DNA of 63,847 nucleotides, counting the filler, from Barthelona sp. PAP020 (Eukaryota): the NCBI GenBank assembly GCA_040182905.1. It is 21 parts of 21 records of this genome, joined end to end, with 100 filler letters (N's around TTAATTAATTAA, not from the genome) between each part and the next. Parts side by side here need not be neighbours in the genome. Positions count along the whole stretch, not along the records: positions 21,879 to 24,866 come from JARQWU010000772.1; positions 24,967 to 27,941 come from JARQWU010000773.1; positions 28,042 to 30,992 come from JARQWU010000774.1; positions 31,093 to 34,018 come from JARQWU010000776.1; 17 more parts are not named here. The stretch is one strand, 5' to 3'. Each line of letters begins with the position of its first letter. The first letter of the stretch is position 1. Below, piece after piece: positions 22,875 to 34,118 of the stretch. Below the pieces are notes generated by a model that was not told the origin of the DNA, did no database searches, and worked only from the letters and a program-made list of their open reading frames with translations. The translations under genes were made by a program, and so were the position numbers.

Positions 22875-23408
22875 ATGATATTTCTCCTTTCATAAATACG
22901 TTGGTTAGTCTTTATTCTTCCCAAAACATGTCAAAAGGTAATTTTTTTTGCACAGATGCAAGAGGAATGCAGAATATCAAAAATGAACGATTTTGTTTAG
23001 ACTAAACAATTTCTTTTTTCCTTAAAACATGAAAAAGAAATATTTCGGCGAATCAATGGTCAAAAACTTTGTACAAGCATAAAGAATATAAACTGTATTT
23101 ATGATAGATCTGGTTAAATATTACCTTTGATTATTTAGAGTAATTCCATGGTTCAATCACCGATATCTAATTTCACAATAATATTATGTTAAAATGATGA
23201 AGAAAATTCCAAAAATCGAGAAAATTTCTTGGTTTTATTGGTATTACTGAAAATATTTTCCAAAAAAAAAAAAAATCACCTTTAAGAGTAGAGATGCATA
23301 TAATTTGTTAACTATAAGCCCAAATCTTTGTTTACTTTTTTGATTCAAAAGCAAATTTCCAAAACTAGTGCATTTTTTTCTTCTTCTTTCATTTTTTTGC
23401 AGGAATAA

Positions 23409-24656
23409 ATGAATGAAAATAGTTTAACCAAACAAGAACAGATTATTAAATTGATCACTCCTTCAATTGCGACAAATTTTGAAGTTGTTGCAACTTTAGA
23501 CAATTATTTGGAACGAATCGAATTTTCACCAAATGGTGATTTATTTGCAATATGCTATCGAGATGGAAAACTGTACATATTTGATGCAAGAACAAATCAA
23601 GTTTTAAAAGAGTTTAATTTTTATTCTGCCATTTGGGGTGTTTCTATATCACATGATAATAAATGGTTAGTAGCTGCTGTAGCTAATGGAGAAATGGCTA
23701 TTATTAATTTAAATGATTTTTCAAGCTCAAAGATTTCAGACAGAATTGAAGTAACTTGTGTACGTTTTTCCAATAATTCTAACATTTTTTATTCCTCCAA
23801 TAGTAATGGAATGTTAAAAGAATGGAATGTTGTCACTAAAGAGTGTTTACGAGAGAAGACTATTCATGACAAGTACAAAATCCTTGCACTTGATATAAGA
23901 AAAGATGATCAATATATTTTGACTGGTTGTAATGATCAAATGAGTCATTTAATAAGGATTGAAGACTTTTCAGTCGTGCAAACCTTTGATGAGAGAATTC
24001 AGCGTTCCCCCAATGGGATAGGTGAAATGAAAGATGTGGCATTTCATCCTTCAAATAATAATCTTGTTGCCTTGGCTGGAATGCAAAGGGAGAGCAATGT
24101 TGATAATGGTTCAATCAAAATATTTGATATCACAACCAAAAAATGTATCCACCACCTCATATTCAATGGGTATGTTTATGCTTTGGAATTTTTCAATGAC
24201 TATTTTGTGCTTGTATTATGTGGCAATGGCATATTATATTGTATAAACATTCAGGAGGGTTGCATCGTTCAAGAAATTCATTGCAATTGCCCTGCATGGG
24301 ATTTTGATTTGAAAATTTCTGTTGAAAAGGATTTCATCTTGTGTGGAATGTGTAATGGAAATCAACTATTGCGTTACAACATTCTAAGTTGTAACATTTA
24401 TGATGAAGCTCAATTTTCAAAATTGATTGAGCTATCCAAACAAACAGATATTGGTGGTGTAATCTCTTTTATAAACGATCAAGCCTTAGTACGAAAACTA
24501 ATCGCTAACGGTTTATGTTTGGCACCAGAAGAATATCCTGTAATTGAAAATATGTGTTGGGATTTGGTTGATCTGAATGAAACCAATGGTGGAAATATGT
24601 GGGAATTTCTTGAAGATCAAGCTGATGAGGATGCAGATGAAAGTGAGGATGATTAG
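23409..24656 (+). CDS. Intact WD40 protein with C-terminal CWDLVD/NGGNM module
   Basis: WD40 repeats (FSPNG, LKEWN, VAFHP, IKIFD); tail CWDLVDLNETNGGNMWEF...DESEDD. Confidence 0.9.
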   Translation: MNENSLTKQEQIIKLITPSIATNFEVVATLDNYLERIEFSPNGDLFAICYRDGKLYIFDARTNQVLKEFNFYSAIWGVSISHDNKWLVAAVANGEMAIINLNDFSSSKISDRIEVTCVRFSNNSNIFYSSNSNGMLKEWNVVTKECLREKTIHDKYKILALDIRKDDQYILTGCNDQMSHLIRIEDFSVVQTFDERIQRSPNGIGEMKDVAFHPSNNNLVALAGMQRESNVDNGSIKIFDITTKKCIHHLIFNGYVYALEFFNDYFVLVLCGNGILYCINIQEGCIVQEIHCNCPAWDFDLKISVEKDFILCGMCNGNQLLRYNILSCNIYDEAQFSKLIELSKQTDIGGVISFINDQALVRKLIANGLCLAPEEYPVIENMCWDLVDLNETNGGNMWEFLEDQADEDADESEDD

Positions 24657-24743
24657 CTTGAGTTGTAAATGTAACAAAAAAAGTTTATAAAAGTTCATAA
24701 AAGTTTATAAATTTACACACACAAAATTTCTTTTTGTTTTATC

Positions 24744-24866
24744 TTATTCATCCTGTTGTTGTTGGTGTTGTTGATCTTGCTTCAAATCTTCAGCAATGAT
24801 GGCAGTGACCAAAGTCATGATCATCTTTGATTTAACATCAACAATGTCTTCATAACTGCAAAATAT
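24744..24866 (-). CDS. Fimbrin/plastin, end of the last CH domain (5'-truncated)
   Basis: IFCSYEDIVDVKSKMIMTLVTAII matches the fimbrin EDIVEVxxKMIxT motif. Confidence 0.75.
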   Translation of the reverse strand: MFCSYEDIVDVKSKMIMTLVTAIIAEDLKQDQQHQQQQDE

Positions 24867-24966
24867 NNNNNNNNNNNNNNNNNNNNNNNNNNNNNNNNNN
24901 NNNNNNNNNNTTAATTAATTAANNNNNNNNNNNNNNNNNNNNNNNNNNNNNNNNNNNNNNNNNNNN

Positions 24967-26677
24967 CATTGATTAATTTATCTTGTAAATTTTTGATTTG
25001 CAACTGAAATTGATTTTGCATCAAATTCAAGTCCTGTGTAAAAGCATCTTTGTAACTATTTGTATTGACTTCAATGTTACTGTTGGCAATTTCAAGTTTT
25101 TTTTTAAGATCATAAATCTCTTCTTGACAAGAGTCCAATTTTGATTTCAAAGAATCGATTTCTTTATCTTTATCGTCATTCATACGATCTAAATCTTGAG
25201 ATAGCAAAAATGACGTTCTTTGCGATTGCTGTAGAGTCATCTGAAGATCATTCAGTAAGAGGTTTTGATCTTGCTTGTTTTTGACCAACGTATCTTTTTC
25301 TTTCAGTAAAATTTTATTGTTATCAGAACTTTCTTCAAACTTTTGAAGCAATCTCTGATAAGTATTTTTGTAACTGTCATATTCAACACTTACATTATCT
25401 TTATCATATTGAAGTTGTTCCAGTTGCTTTTTTAAACTGTTGTTCTCATTTATTACATGGGTTTGTTGATCTTTTATTCTGTTGACTTTATTTTCAAGAT
25501 CTTCAATATTTTTCAATAAATTCTCGTTTGAATTCTCCAAAATTCTCAATTCATTCTGCAAATGTTGTGAATAATAGACCGTGGAATCAAAATTGGAGGA
25601 GAAATCCTTCTTTTCAACATCTAACAATTTCTCATACTTTTCTTTATACTTTAATAGAATTTGGTTCTCATTACGAACACGTACAGAATCTGATTTCATT
25701 ATATTAAACTTTTGCTGCAAATTATTCAGATCCTTCTGAATTTTTTCCAAATTTAAAGTGGAACTCAACATTTCTGATTGATAGTCATCAATTTCATGCT
25801 GTAAACGTTTCTTACCTGAGGATAGCTCACGAATTTTCTGTTTTTGCTCTTCAATGATCAATTCATAATCATCAATGATATTCAATCGAAAGTTAGTGTC
25901 AGTAACACTTCTTTTTAAATCATTCACTTGTTTTTTATACATGTCTCTTTCGGATATTGCCTTTTGAAGCTGATTCTTCAATGCAGCTTCCATTTCATCT
26001 TTTTCAGCATTCAAATTAATTACAGTTCTATCAATAATAGCTGAAAAATTATCTTTGGTTTGTATACAAACATCTTGACGAAATGCCTGTTTTTCTTTCA
26101 TATGTTTTATCACAAGTTCATAATCTGCTAGGTTGCCTTGCAGTGAAAGAATTTGTTCATTTAGATCCGTCATTTCTTCAGCAAAAAAATTAACCTGAGA
26201 ACCGAAATTATCGAAATTTGCTTTTTCTTTCAAAGATTCAAATTTTTGTTTTGGTGGTGGTGGTGGTGGTTTTCTTGTCGAATCTAAACTATCTTGAAAG
26301 ATCTTTGTTCGAAATACACCTCCCCTAACACTGGAAGAACTTGAAGAACGTGTCAATGTTGGCATTGTTTTTGCATCAAAACGTGTGTTATTCTTAGATG
26401 AAATAACCATTTCATGACCAAAAATATCCAAAAGCGTTTTCGTACTGACATAAGACAGTAATGACACGTGACTAAAAGCTTCATCAAATAAATTATTCCT
26501 TAAAATTAATGTGGGTATGTCAATATTCTCAATATTAACATCTTTAGGAAAACATTTTGACAAAATATAGCTGTTGGAAGGAAATTTCTCAATTGAATTT
26601 GAAGTATTTGGATCTTGCGTTATGTGTACATTAATATTTCGAATAAAATCAAGAATTTGCTCTGTTGATATGGTCAT
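24967..26677 (-). CDS. Long coiled-coil protein (3'-truncated)
   Basis: Extended heptad pattern rich in E/Q/K/L; short poly-Pro run. Confidence 0.75.
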
Positions 26678-26866
26678 TAAATACTTGGTTGATTATTTTC
26701 ACATCAAAAAAAGAAATTCATTTTTTCAAAAACGAATACATAAATTATTAATGGCAACTAGATATATTGTCACACAATAACACATTTTATTAAAATTTTA
26801 TTCGAAAAAATGAAAAAAATCTTGTAATTTATTATTTTTTGATGATGAGCTTTGAATAGACGAAAA

Positions 26867-27941
26867 ATGTTTTCATATTTATTATTTGATGATGAAAATG
26901 GTTGTAATGTTCATTTTTCTGACAATACTATCATAACTTTAAATTTATGGGCTACTGAATATGAAATAACTTTTCCAAATGGTGACACACTAAAAAACCC
27001 AATTGATGTGGCACCAAATTCACATTTGCCATATATTTCAAGAGCAATAGAAGAAAGAAATGCTTGCTCCTTGAACCCTTGTTGTTCAATTGACACTTCA
27101 AATATAATGGAGTCACCAACATTACACAAAACTATATGGTGGGCAAATCCAATGCATCCTGATTATTCAGAACATATTAGTTCTTCTTCTTTTGGAGATT
27201 ATAAATTAACCAGTTTTGATGGGCATTCTTCGATTTATTTACATCATTCTAGAAGATTGCTCACCTTTCAAACACGTGTTGTGCTTCCAGGTAATTCGAA
27301 AGAAGGTTTTGCTGTATCTTCAACACCACCTTATAACTATTTGTATCAACCCATTTGCTGTACATATTCAGTTTCACAATACCCATCGTTTCTTGAAACT
27401 CCTCTCGCTTGGTTGATGGAAAAAGCAGAATCTGAAGTTAATAGTCTTCCTCCAGTTATAAAGAAAAATGTTCCAAAGTGTCCAGTTCCTTTGATATTTC
27501 AAGGGGATGTTGATTCAAGGGTGCTAGTTGAAAGTTCAATTCCAATATTATCTGATGTTTTGAAAGTTTATGAAGTTTCACCGCAGTGTTTTGTTCAAAT
27601 GCATGATAACATTTCAAAAACATCTGTTTGGTGGTCGAAGAATAAAGGTATTATTGATATGATAACCAATCTTGGGGTTGTTTCCATATTGTTGAAACAA
27701 AAGATGTTTTATGTTTTCTCTCCTTCCACTTCTTTGTATTATTATGATGGTTCTCCTTTTGAAAAATTGAATGACTTTCCAGATGAAATCAGACATACTT
27801 TCTTATTATTTTTAAAAAGGTCGAAAAAGTTCGCCAATTTTATTGATCATTATCTTCCTGAGCTTTATTGCTCATTGTCAATAAAAGTTGGAGAAAATAT
27901 ATTGAAACAAAGCAAAGAATTTTACATTTTGGACAATCCGG
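26867..27941 (+). CDS. C5orf34/DUF4524-like protein (3'-truncated)
   Basis: VHFSDNTIITL, RAIEERN, LTSFDGHSSIYL and YSVSQYPSFLETPL resemble recalled C5orf34 N-terminal blocks. Transcribed divergently from the neighbouring gene across ~190 bp. Confidence 0.6.
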
Positions 27942-28323
27942 NNNNNNNNNNNNNNNNNNNNNNNNNNNNNNNNNNNNNNNNNNNNTTAATTAATTAANNN
28001 NNNNNNNNNNNNNNNNNNNNNNNNNNNNNNNNNNNNNNNNNACCTTTGTTGAACTCTCCGAGTAATGCTTGTATCTTGACTACTGTCCTATATGTGGGTT
28101 ATACATGTCTTCTTTATGAAAATGTTTGTAAAATCTTTACGCTTTATTTTTTTTGTTCACCAAAACTCCTTTTTCAGTTTTCTTTTAAAATATGTATCAT
28201 TTCAAAACCAAGAAAACCTTTAAAAAAAAATTTGAATATTTTTTTAAAAGAAAACGCTGTTCCACGCTGAAGATTTTTTTTTTTTTCAATAAAACATAGT
28301 TTTTTTTTAAATTGAACAAAGAA

Positions 28324-30696
28324 ATGAACTTTTTTTACATCTTGTCTATTATTAGTTTATTTGTGACAATTCAATGTTTGTGTGACCCTTCAAAATTCAT
28401 GTATGCGAATAATGAAATTGTCGATGCAGCATCATTTAATGATAATGGTATTTTAAAATTACGTACCGATGTGACTATTGATCCAGTCGCTTGTTCTGGA
28501 AATGCCAGTTTTGAATGGACTTTGGTTCTTTCTAAAACACAAAATATTACATTGACTCCAGAATCAACCAAAGTAGTGAATGGCACTACCAAAAGTTTTG
28601 TTGTTTTAACCGAAAAATCTTACGATTTTGAATATCCTTTTACTGTTTTCTGTAAGATTAGCATTGGAGAAAATTATGTGGGTCAAACTGAACAAAAAGT
28701 CATTAAGAAAAATGTTGAAACATGTAATTTAAAGTTTGATTACGTTTTGAATGGAATCGAAAATACCACCTCTTTGATTGTCAACAGAACACTTCAAAAC
28801 ACCATCATTATTAATTTTTCATTGGTTGGTAATTGTTCTGATGTTAAAGATCAATTTCATATTCAATGGACTGTTATGGACCCTGAATACTTCAGGTATA
28901 ACTTTGGTGTTGATTATACCAGAAATATCTCCAGTCTTAAATTCACTGTTTATGAAAATGTGACACTTCCTTCAAAGAGTTTAATTCTTGCAACTTTTAA
29001 TATTGGCTCCATGACACATTCTGAAAAATTCATTCTTAAAGCACCATCAAATATCGCTATTAGATCACCAAACACTAAAATTGTTACTGCAGGTGACAAT
29101 ATTGTTGTTTGTGCCAAGAGTGTTTATTGTAAAGGCATCTACTTCAGAAGCAATGTTCCTAGATACAGTGTCATTTCAAATGTAAGCACTAATTTTATGG
29201 ATAATGTCTGTGTTCAATCGATTGTACCTGCTGATAATTATACAAGTCTTAATTATAGTGCTTATTGCAACAATTCTAATGAAATTTTAAGTGATAGCAT
29301 CAAATTCATTGTTGCTGAACCACCTAAACCTATTGCATTGACTTCAAATGCCACTTCCGGTATTGCATACAATAGTACTTTTGCCTTGAAAGTTACCAAT
29401 CCATCTAATTTGACTTATTATTATTCTTGGACCTTACTGGAGTGTGGTAATCCCAATAGAACAAATTTTTTGAGAATTACCAATGGAACTAGTTTAGTTA
29501 CTGCACTTCCTGGTTGTCAAATTGCTGGACAAGGCGGTAATTCAATTCAAATTGTTCAAGTTACTGCTTTTACAGCAACAGGTTCAGTCACTGCAAAGAT
29601 TGGTATCAATATTACTAATCCTATTTACACCAAAGATCAAATTGAAAAGATTGTTGAACAAGCAAAAAATAGAATCAAGACTATGAATACAACGAATATT
29701 ACTGATTCTTCAGAAAAGATTTCAGATTTTATTGATAAGGCATACATTAAAGCAAATGAAACAGGTGTTTTTAATAAAACAGAAATGGCTATTGAAGTTA
29801 AAGAAGCTGTTGCAAAATTGAAAGAAGTTGCAACTAATATTAAAGATTCTAAGGATTCCATTGCCTATATCGACACTATTCAATCTTTTGGTAACATCAC
29901 TATTTCACCAAACGAAAGTTATGCTCTTTTGAACAGTATGATTAATGCCACTGCTCATTCAAATATTGATAATCTCCAGAAAATTGTTAAAACTGCTGTA
30001 CAATTAAAAACAAACACTTTAAATGCAACTAATGTTGAAAATATCAATATGACTAAAACTCTTATTAGTGTTTTGAAGAATGTTGCTTACAGTAGATTAA
30101 CATCATTGTCATTCAATGAAACTGGTAATTTTACTGAAAATGGTATTATTATGAAAGTTACTCCATTGAAAGTTGAAGGTGTTGCTCAAAAAATGGAAAT
30201 TAAAACAGGTAATGTTACAGTGCCATCCAGTCTTGTTCAAAATCTTAATGGAAGTTCTGTTGGTGTCAAAGTTGCAGAATTAACTAAGGAATTTGCTTCA
30301 TCATTCAACAGAAGTTTCATGGTTGATATCTCGATATTTGCAGATAATAAAACCTTAGCCATTAAAAATTTATTGGAACCAATCCAATTAAATATTACTG
30401 GCAAAGGAGTGTGTCAATATTATAATGAAACGAATAAGCAATGGCAAACTGATGGTGTCACAAAGTTAAGGGAAGAAGGCAATGTAACAATTTGTTTGAC
30501 CACTCATTTATCTACTTTTTCATTAGACACTGAGCTTCCTCAAGTTGCTGGAATGAATCCCATCTATTTGGCTTTTGTTATTGTTCCTATTCTTGGTATT
30601 GTTATTTGGTTAATTTTGAGAAGCCCAAAGAAAGACGACAGAGTTTCAATAGATGAAAAATTCAACTATCAATTTCTTGGAGCAAATCAAGTTTAA
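28324..30696 (+). CDS. Single-pass surface glycoprotein with REJ/GAIN-like region and GPS autoproteolysis motif
   Basis: Signal peptide; many NxS/T sites; CQYYNETNKQWQTDG...CLTTHLSTFSL; one TM segment; short cytoplasmic tail. Confidence 0.85.
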   Translation: MNFFYILSIISLFVTIQCLCDPSKFMYANNEIVDAASFNDNGILKLRTDVTIDPVACSGNASFEWTLVLSKTQNITLTPESTKVVNGTTKSFVVLTEKSYDFEYPFTVFCKISIGENYVGQTEQKVIKKNVETCNLKFDYVLNGIENTTSLIVNRTLQNTIIINFSLVGNCSDVKDQFHIQWTVMDPEYFRYNFGVDYTRNISSLKFTVYENVTLPSKSLILATFNIGSMTHSEKFILKAPSNIAIRSPNTKIVTAGDNIVVCAKSVYCKGIYFRSNVPRYSVISNVSTNFMDNVCVQSIVPADNYTSLNYSAYCNNSNEILSDSIKFIVAEPPKPIALTSNATSGIAYNSTFALKVTNPSNLTYYYSWTLLECGNPNRTNFLRITNGTSLVTALPGCQIAGQGGNSIQIVQVTAFTATGSVTAKIGINITNPIYTKDQIEKIVEQAKNRIKTMNTTNITDSSEKISDFIDKAYIKANETGVFNKTEMAIEVKEAVAKLKEVATNIKDSKDSIAYIDTIQSFGNITISPNESYALLNSMINATAHSNIDNLQKIVKTAVQLKTNTLNATNVENINMTKTLISVLKNVAYSRLTSLSFNETGNFTENGIIMKVTPLKVEGVAQKMEIKTGNVTVPSSLVQNLNGSSVGVKVAELTKEFASSFNRSFMVDISIFADNKTLAIKNLLEPIQLNITGKGVCQYYNETNKQWQTDGVTKLREEGNVTICLTTHLSTFSLDTELPQVAGMNPIYLAFVIVPILGIVIWLILRSPKKDDRVSIDEKFNYQFLGANQV

Positions 30697-30895
30697 CCAT
30701 CAAGTGGAATTCCCCTAAAATGAAATACAAACATTTTGATTGCTTTCATTTTTACTTTATTTTAAATTATAAATGTTTATTGGGTCTTATTTTTTGATTT
30801 TGTTTTCGTGTGAAAATTTGAAACAAATAAAAAATTAATAAAAATAAATTAAAAACAAAAATTAATACCAAGTCAAAAGGATTGTATTCTATGAA

Positions 30896-30958
30896 TTATT
30901 TCCAAGCCAAGAAGCACTGTGCGTATGAGTGAATAAGAAAGAATAGTGTTTATTTGGT
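30896..30958 (-). repeat. Dispersed repeat family E (near contig end)
   Basis: Its reverse complement aligns with 18995-19057. Confidence 0.7.
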
Positions 30959-31093
30959 TAAAGGCTTTCGAGGCCCGATTGATCTGTTGAAANNNNNNNN
31001 NNNNNNNNNNNNNNNNNNNNNNNNNNNNNNNNNNNNTTAATTAATTAANNNNNNNNNNNNNNNNNNNNNNNNNNNNNNNNNNNNNNNNNNNNT

Positions 31094-31357
31094 GGAACCA
31101 GAAGGAAATATGTTGGCTTTTGGCAAAATGGGGTTGCTAAGTGTGGTCAATACGAAGATTGGACGGAAGATGATTTTAGAATTGCAAAAGAGTATTTGAC
31201 CAAAGAACAGATTGAATTACTTGAAAATACAACACTTCACAGTCAAATTGATTTGCCTGCTCTGGAATTAAGTGATTCTCATCATGTTTTGGAGCAATCA
31301 TTGAAAAGTTTGATAAATTTGGATATCGACCTTAAACCTCGTGATTTTATTATGTAA
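31094..31357 (+). CDS. MORN3: MORN3-like protein C-terminus (5'-truncated)
   Basis: KYVGFWQNGVAKCG and LPALELSDSHHVL match the MORN3 C-terminal motifs; absent from the ORF track because it lacks a start codon. Confidence 0.7.
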   Translation, partial: GTRRKYVGFWQNGVAKCGQYEDWTEDDFRIAKEYLTKEQIELLENTTLHSQIDLPALELSDSHHVLEQSLKSLINLDIDLKPRDFIM

Positions 31358-31411
31358 AGAAATGTGTAAAAATCTTAGTTAGTTTTTTGTGTTTTTTCAA
31401 CATCAGTTTTG

Positions 31412-31912
31412 ATGAAAGATGAACGAAAAAAGGTATTTAAGCCGGTTTTAAAAAATCCATTTGGAATTCCTTGGCCTCATTATGACAATGAGACTCAAAT
31501 GAATATTATGAGTTGTTTCTTTGAAATGTTTGGAAATTCTTTCAATAGTGATGAATATAGACAGCATTTTGCATTTGGAATAAATGAAGTGACAAAAAAT
31601 TGTGAACGAAATAATTTGTTGTGTATATTTGTTTGTAAAGATGTTAAACCTTTAATTATGGTGCAACATTTGTCCCCTTTAAGTTATGTAAGACACATTC
31701 CTTTGATTTGTATTCAAAATTCATGCTTTTTGTTTGGAAAATATTTTTCAATTGGGAAATGCATTTCTTTTGGGATTAAAAAGAGTTTCATTAGTGACAA
31801 TATCAGTGAAAGAAAGAAATTTATTCAGTTTATTAATGAAAAAAATCTAAATGAGGATTTGGAGTTTGGATTTTTGAATCCTGAATACCTTCCATCTCAA
31901 ATTATATCTTGA
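31412..31912 (+). CDS. L7Ae-family protein, RNase P/MRP subunit RPP38-like
   Basis: KPVLKNPFGIPWP plus FGINEVTKNCE...IFVCKDVKPLIMVQHL (L7Ae fold with an RPP38/Pop3-like N-terminus). Confidence 0.7.
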   Translation: MKDERKKVFKPVLKNPFGIPWPHYDNETQMNIMSCFFEMFGNSFNSDEYRQHFAFGINEVTKNCERNNLLCIFVCKDVKPLIMVQHLSPLSYVRHIPLICIQNSCFLFGKYFSIGKCISFGIKKSFISDNISERKKFIQFINEKNLNEDLEFGFLNPEYLPSQIIS

Positions 31913-32545
31913 ACACAGTATTTTTATCATGTCTTATGTTATTCGGCAGGATGCATCTTACTTTAGCAGTCAGAATATTTGTTGTAAAGAAATTTTCAAA
32001 TTTTTTTCTTTGGCGAAACATGTTCATAATTGAACAAAATTTATCATAGGATTGAATTTAATTCACAAAGAATCTTGAAATCTAATTGAAACAATTTTTG
32101 GTTTTCCGCTAAACATTTTGATATTGGTCTCAACAGTGTAAAAATTCACATAAATTACTTAAAAATGAAAAAACTAGTTCTGAAAAGAGAGATTTGGTAA
32201 AGAACTTTCCAATTTATATCTTTACATCTTATCTTTTTTCCGTTTAATTCAAATAATAAATATCTAACAAAAATAACCAATACTAACCATAAAAACAAAA
32301 CAAAAAAGGAATTCTTTTACAAAAGTTATACCCCATTGAACAAAAAATCAACAGATTACGTCAATAATCATTAAAATGAACAAAAATACAAAATCTAGAG
32401 ATAAAAAAGAAGAAATATCCACAATTGATAACGGGTTTGAACTTCTTTTAACCAGACAAAAATGAGTAAACCTTTGGAAAAAATCATTCTGTGATTACAA
32501 AAAAAACCAACAATCACATTATCTAATGTTATATTTGAAACTTCT

Positions 32546-33445
32546 TTAATATTTTTTTTCTTGTTGTTCATCAGAATAGAATGGATTTAGATAAATGTCA
32601 TCGTCAAATGATAATCCGAAGTCACTGTCAGGTACACCATTAGTATCAGGAAATGGTTCTTCAGAACTGAAATGAAATGATGGAATCAGATCTTCGAAAT
32701 CATCACTGATTTGATAATTTGCTGGAGCAAAATTTGATTCTACAAGCGAATTAGATGTATTGGATGTCAGTACGGTGTTGGTGTTAGGATCACATTTGGT
32801 ACAATCAGAGGTTTCAGATTCATTGATTTCATGGGTAATAGATTCCGATGCATCATCAATTTTCATTTTATTCCTTTGTAAAAACATTTCCTTTGAAGCA
32901 AACTTCTTCTTTGGAACAATTATTTTCGGTTGACACGGTTTAACTGTTGAATCTTCTTCTTCCTCTTCTTCTTGAGGCTCAATCACTTCAAATTCTGCAG
33001 AACGAATAACAGTAAGTCCATTATTATCTTTTCTTTCAAAATTTTGTTCAAATAAAATATTTTCATCTTCAAATGTATCAGGAGATTCATCTTTTGTCAA
33101 GATTTTTTTTTTTGCTTGACTTTTAGACAAAGCTAATGCTTCTGAAAAGGTGGGAACATTAGATTCAACAAGTAATTCATCATCCTCTACTTTATTTTTA
33201 AAACTAATCGGATTTATGATGTTCGAACTCTTTTCAAAACTGTTAGATTTTTTTTTCAAAACACTTGGATCAAAACTTTGCGTGACTTTTGGTGTCTTAA
33301 ACGAAGTGGAACGGGAATCAACTAAAATACGAGAACGTTCTATTTTGTTAGCTTTATTTAATTAAAACTGCAAACTATCGGTATTAAAACTATTGGCTGA
33401 GCATGCTTTGATGTAAGAATTTGTATTTCTTCTTCGAGGTGGCAT
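32546..33445 (-). CDS. Low-complexity acidic protein; probable 36-nt intron at 33340-33375
   Basis: ATG 33445 (MPPRRRN) is in frame with ORF 33259-32546; the single TAA is removed by GTTTGC...GCTAACAAAATAG. Confidence 0.6.
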
Positions 33446-33844
33446 AAATCAAAAAAAAAAAATGTAAATTCCTTTTTTTGAGTGTAAAAATTCTTCATTT
33501 TCTTTTTTCAAAACATATATATTTTTCTTCTGAAGAATATGTTAATAAGTTTACAAAGATCACTATAGTTTAAGGAAAATAATGGGTTTGCAAAACTAAA
33601 GCACACTTGAGCAATCTTTTTGATATTTTAACAATTTAAATTATTTTAAATGAATTTTTTTATTATTATGAAGAAACCAAAAATTGAGAAAAGACAAAAA
33701 TTCCCAAAAAAAGATCAAAAAAACACACATCTTTTCATTTTATAAAAATATAATCCATTTGAAACAGTTGCGCGTGATGAAAGTATTCCATAAAAAAAAA
33801 GAAAAGCCAAAAAGGAAAAATTATAACTTTTTTTTCACGAATCA

Positions 33845-34018
33845 ATGAGCTTCATTCCAACTCAAAGTGAAAGCAAATTAAATGCATCTCAATTGCCATT
33901 ACTTTTAAAAGATTTTGACAAGATGAATTCCAGAGCTACTTCATACACTCCTATTGCTGCTGGTAACTCTCCTTTTGATAGAAATTTAGAAGAATACCTT
34001 AAGTACGGTTTAATTAAT
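33845..34018 (+). CDS. CBF5: H/ACA pseudouridine synthase Cbf5/dyskerin, N-terminus (3'-truncated)
   Basis: LNASQLPLLLKDFDKMNSRATSYTPIAAGNSPFDRNLEEYLKYGLIN matches the dyskerin N-terminal domain. Confidence 0.9.
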
Positions 34019-34118
34019 NNNNNNNNNNNNNNNNNNNNNNNNNNNNNNNNNNNNNNNNNNNNTTAATTAATTAANNNNNNNNNNNNNNNNNNNNNNNNNN
34101 NNNNNNNNNNNNNNNNNN

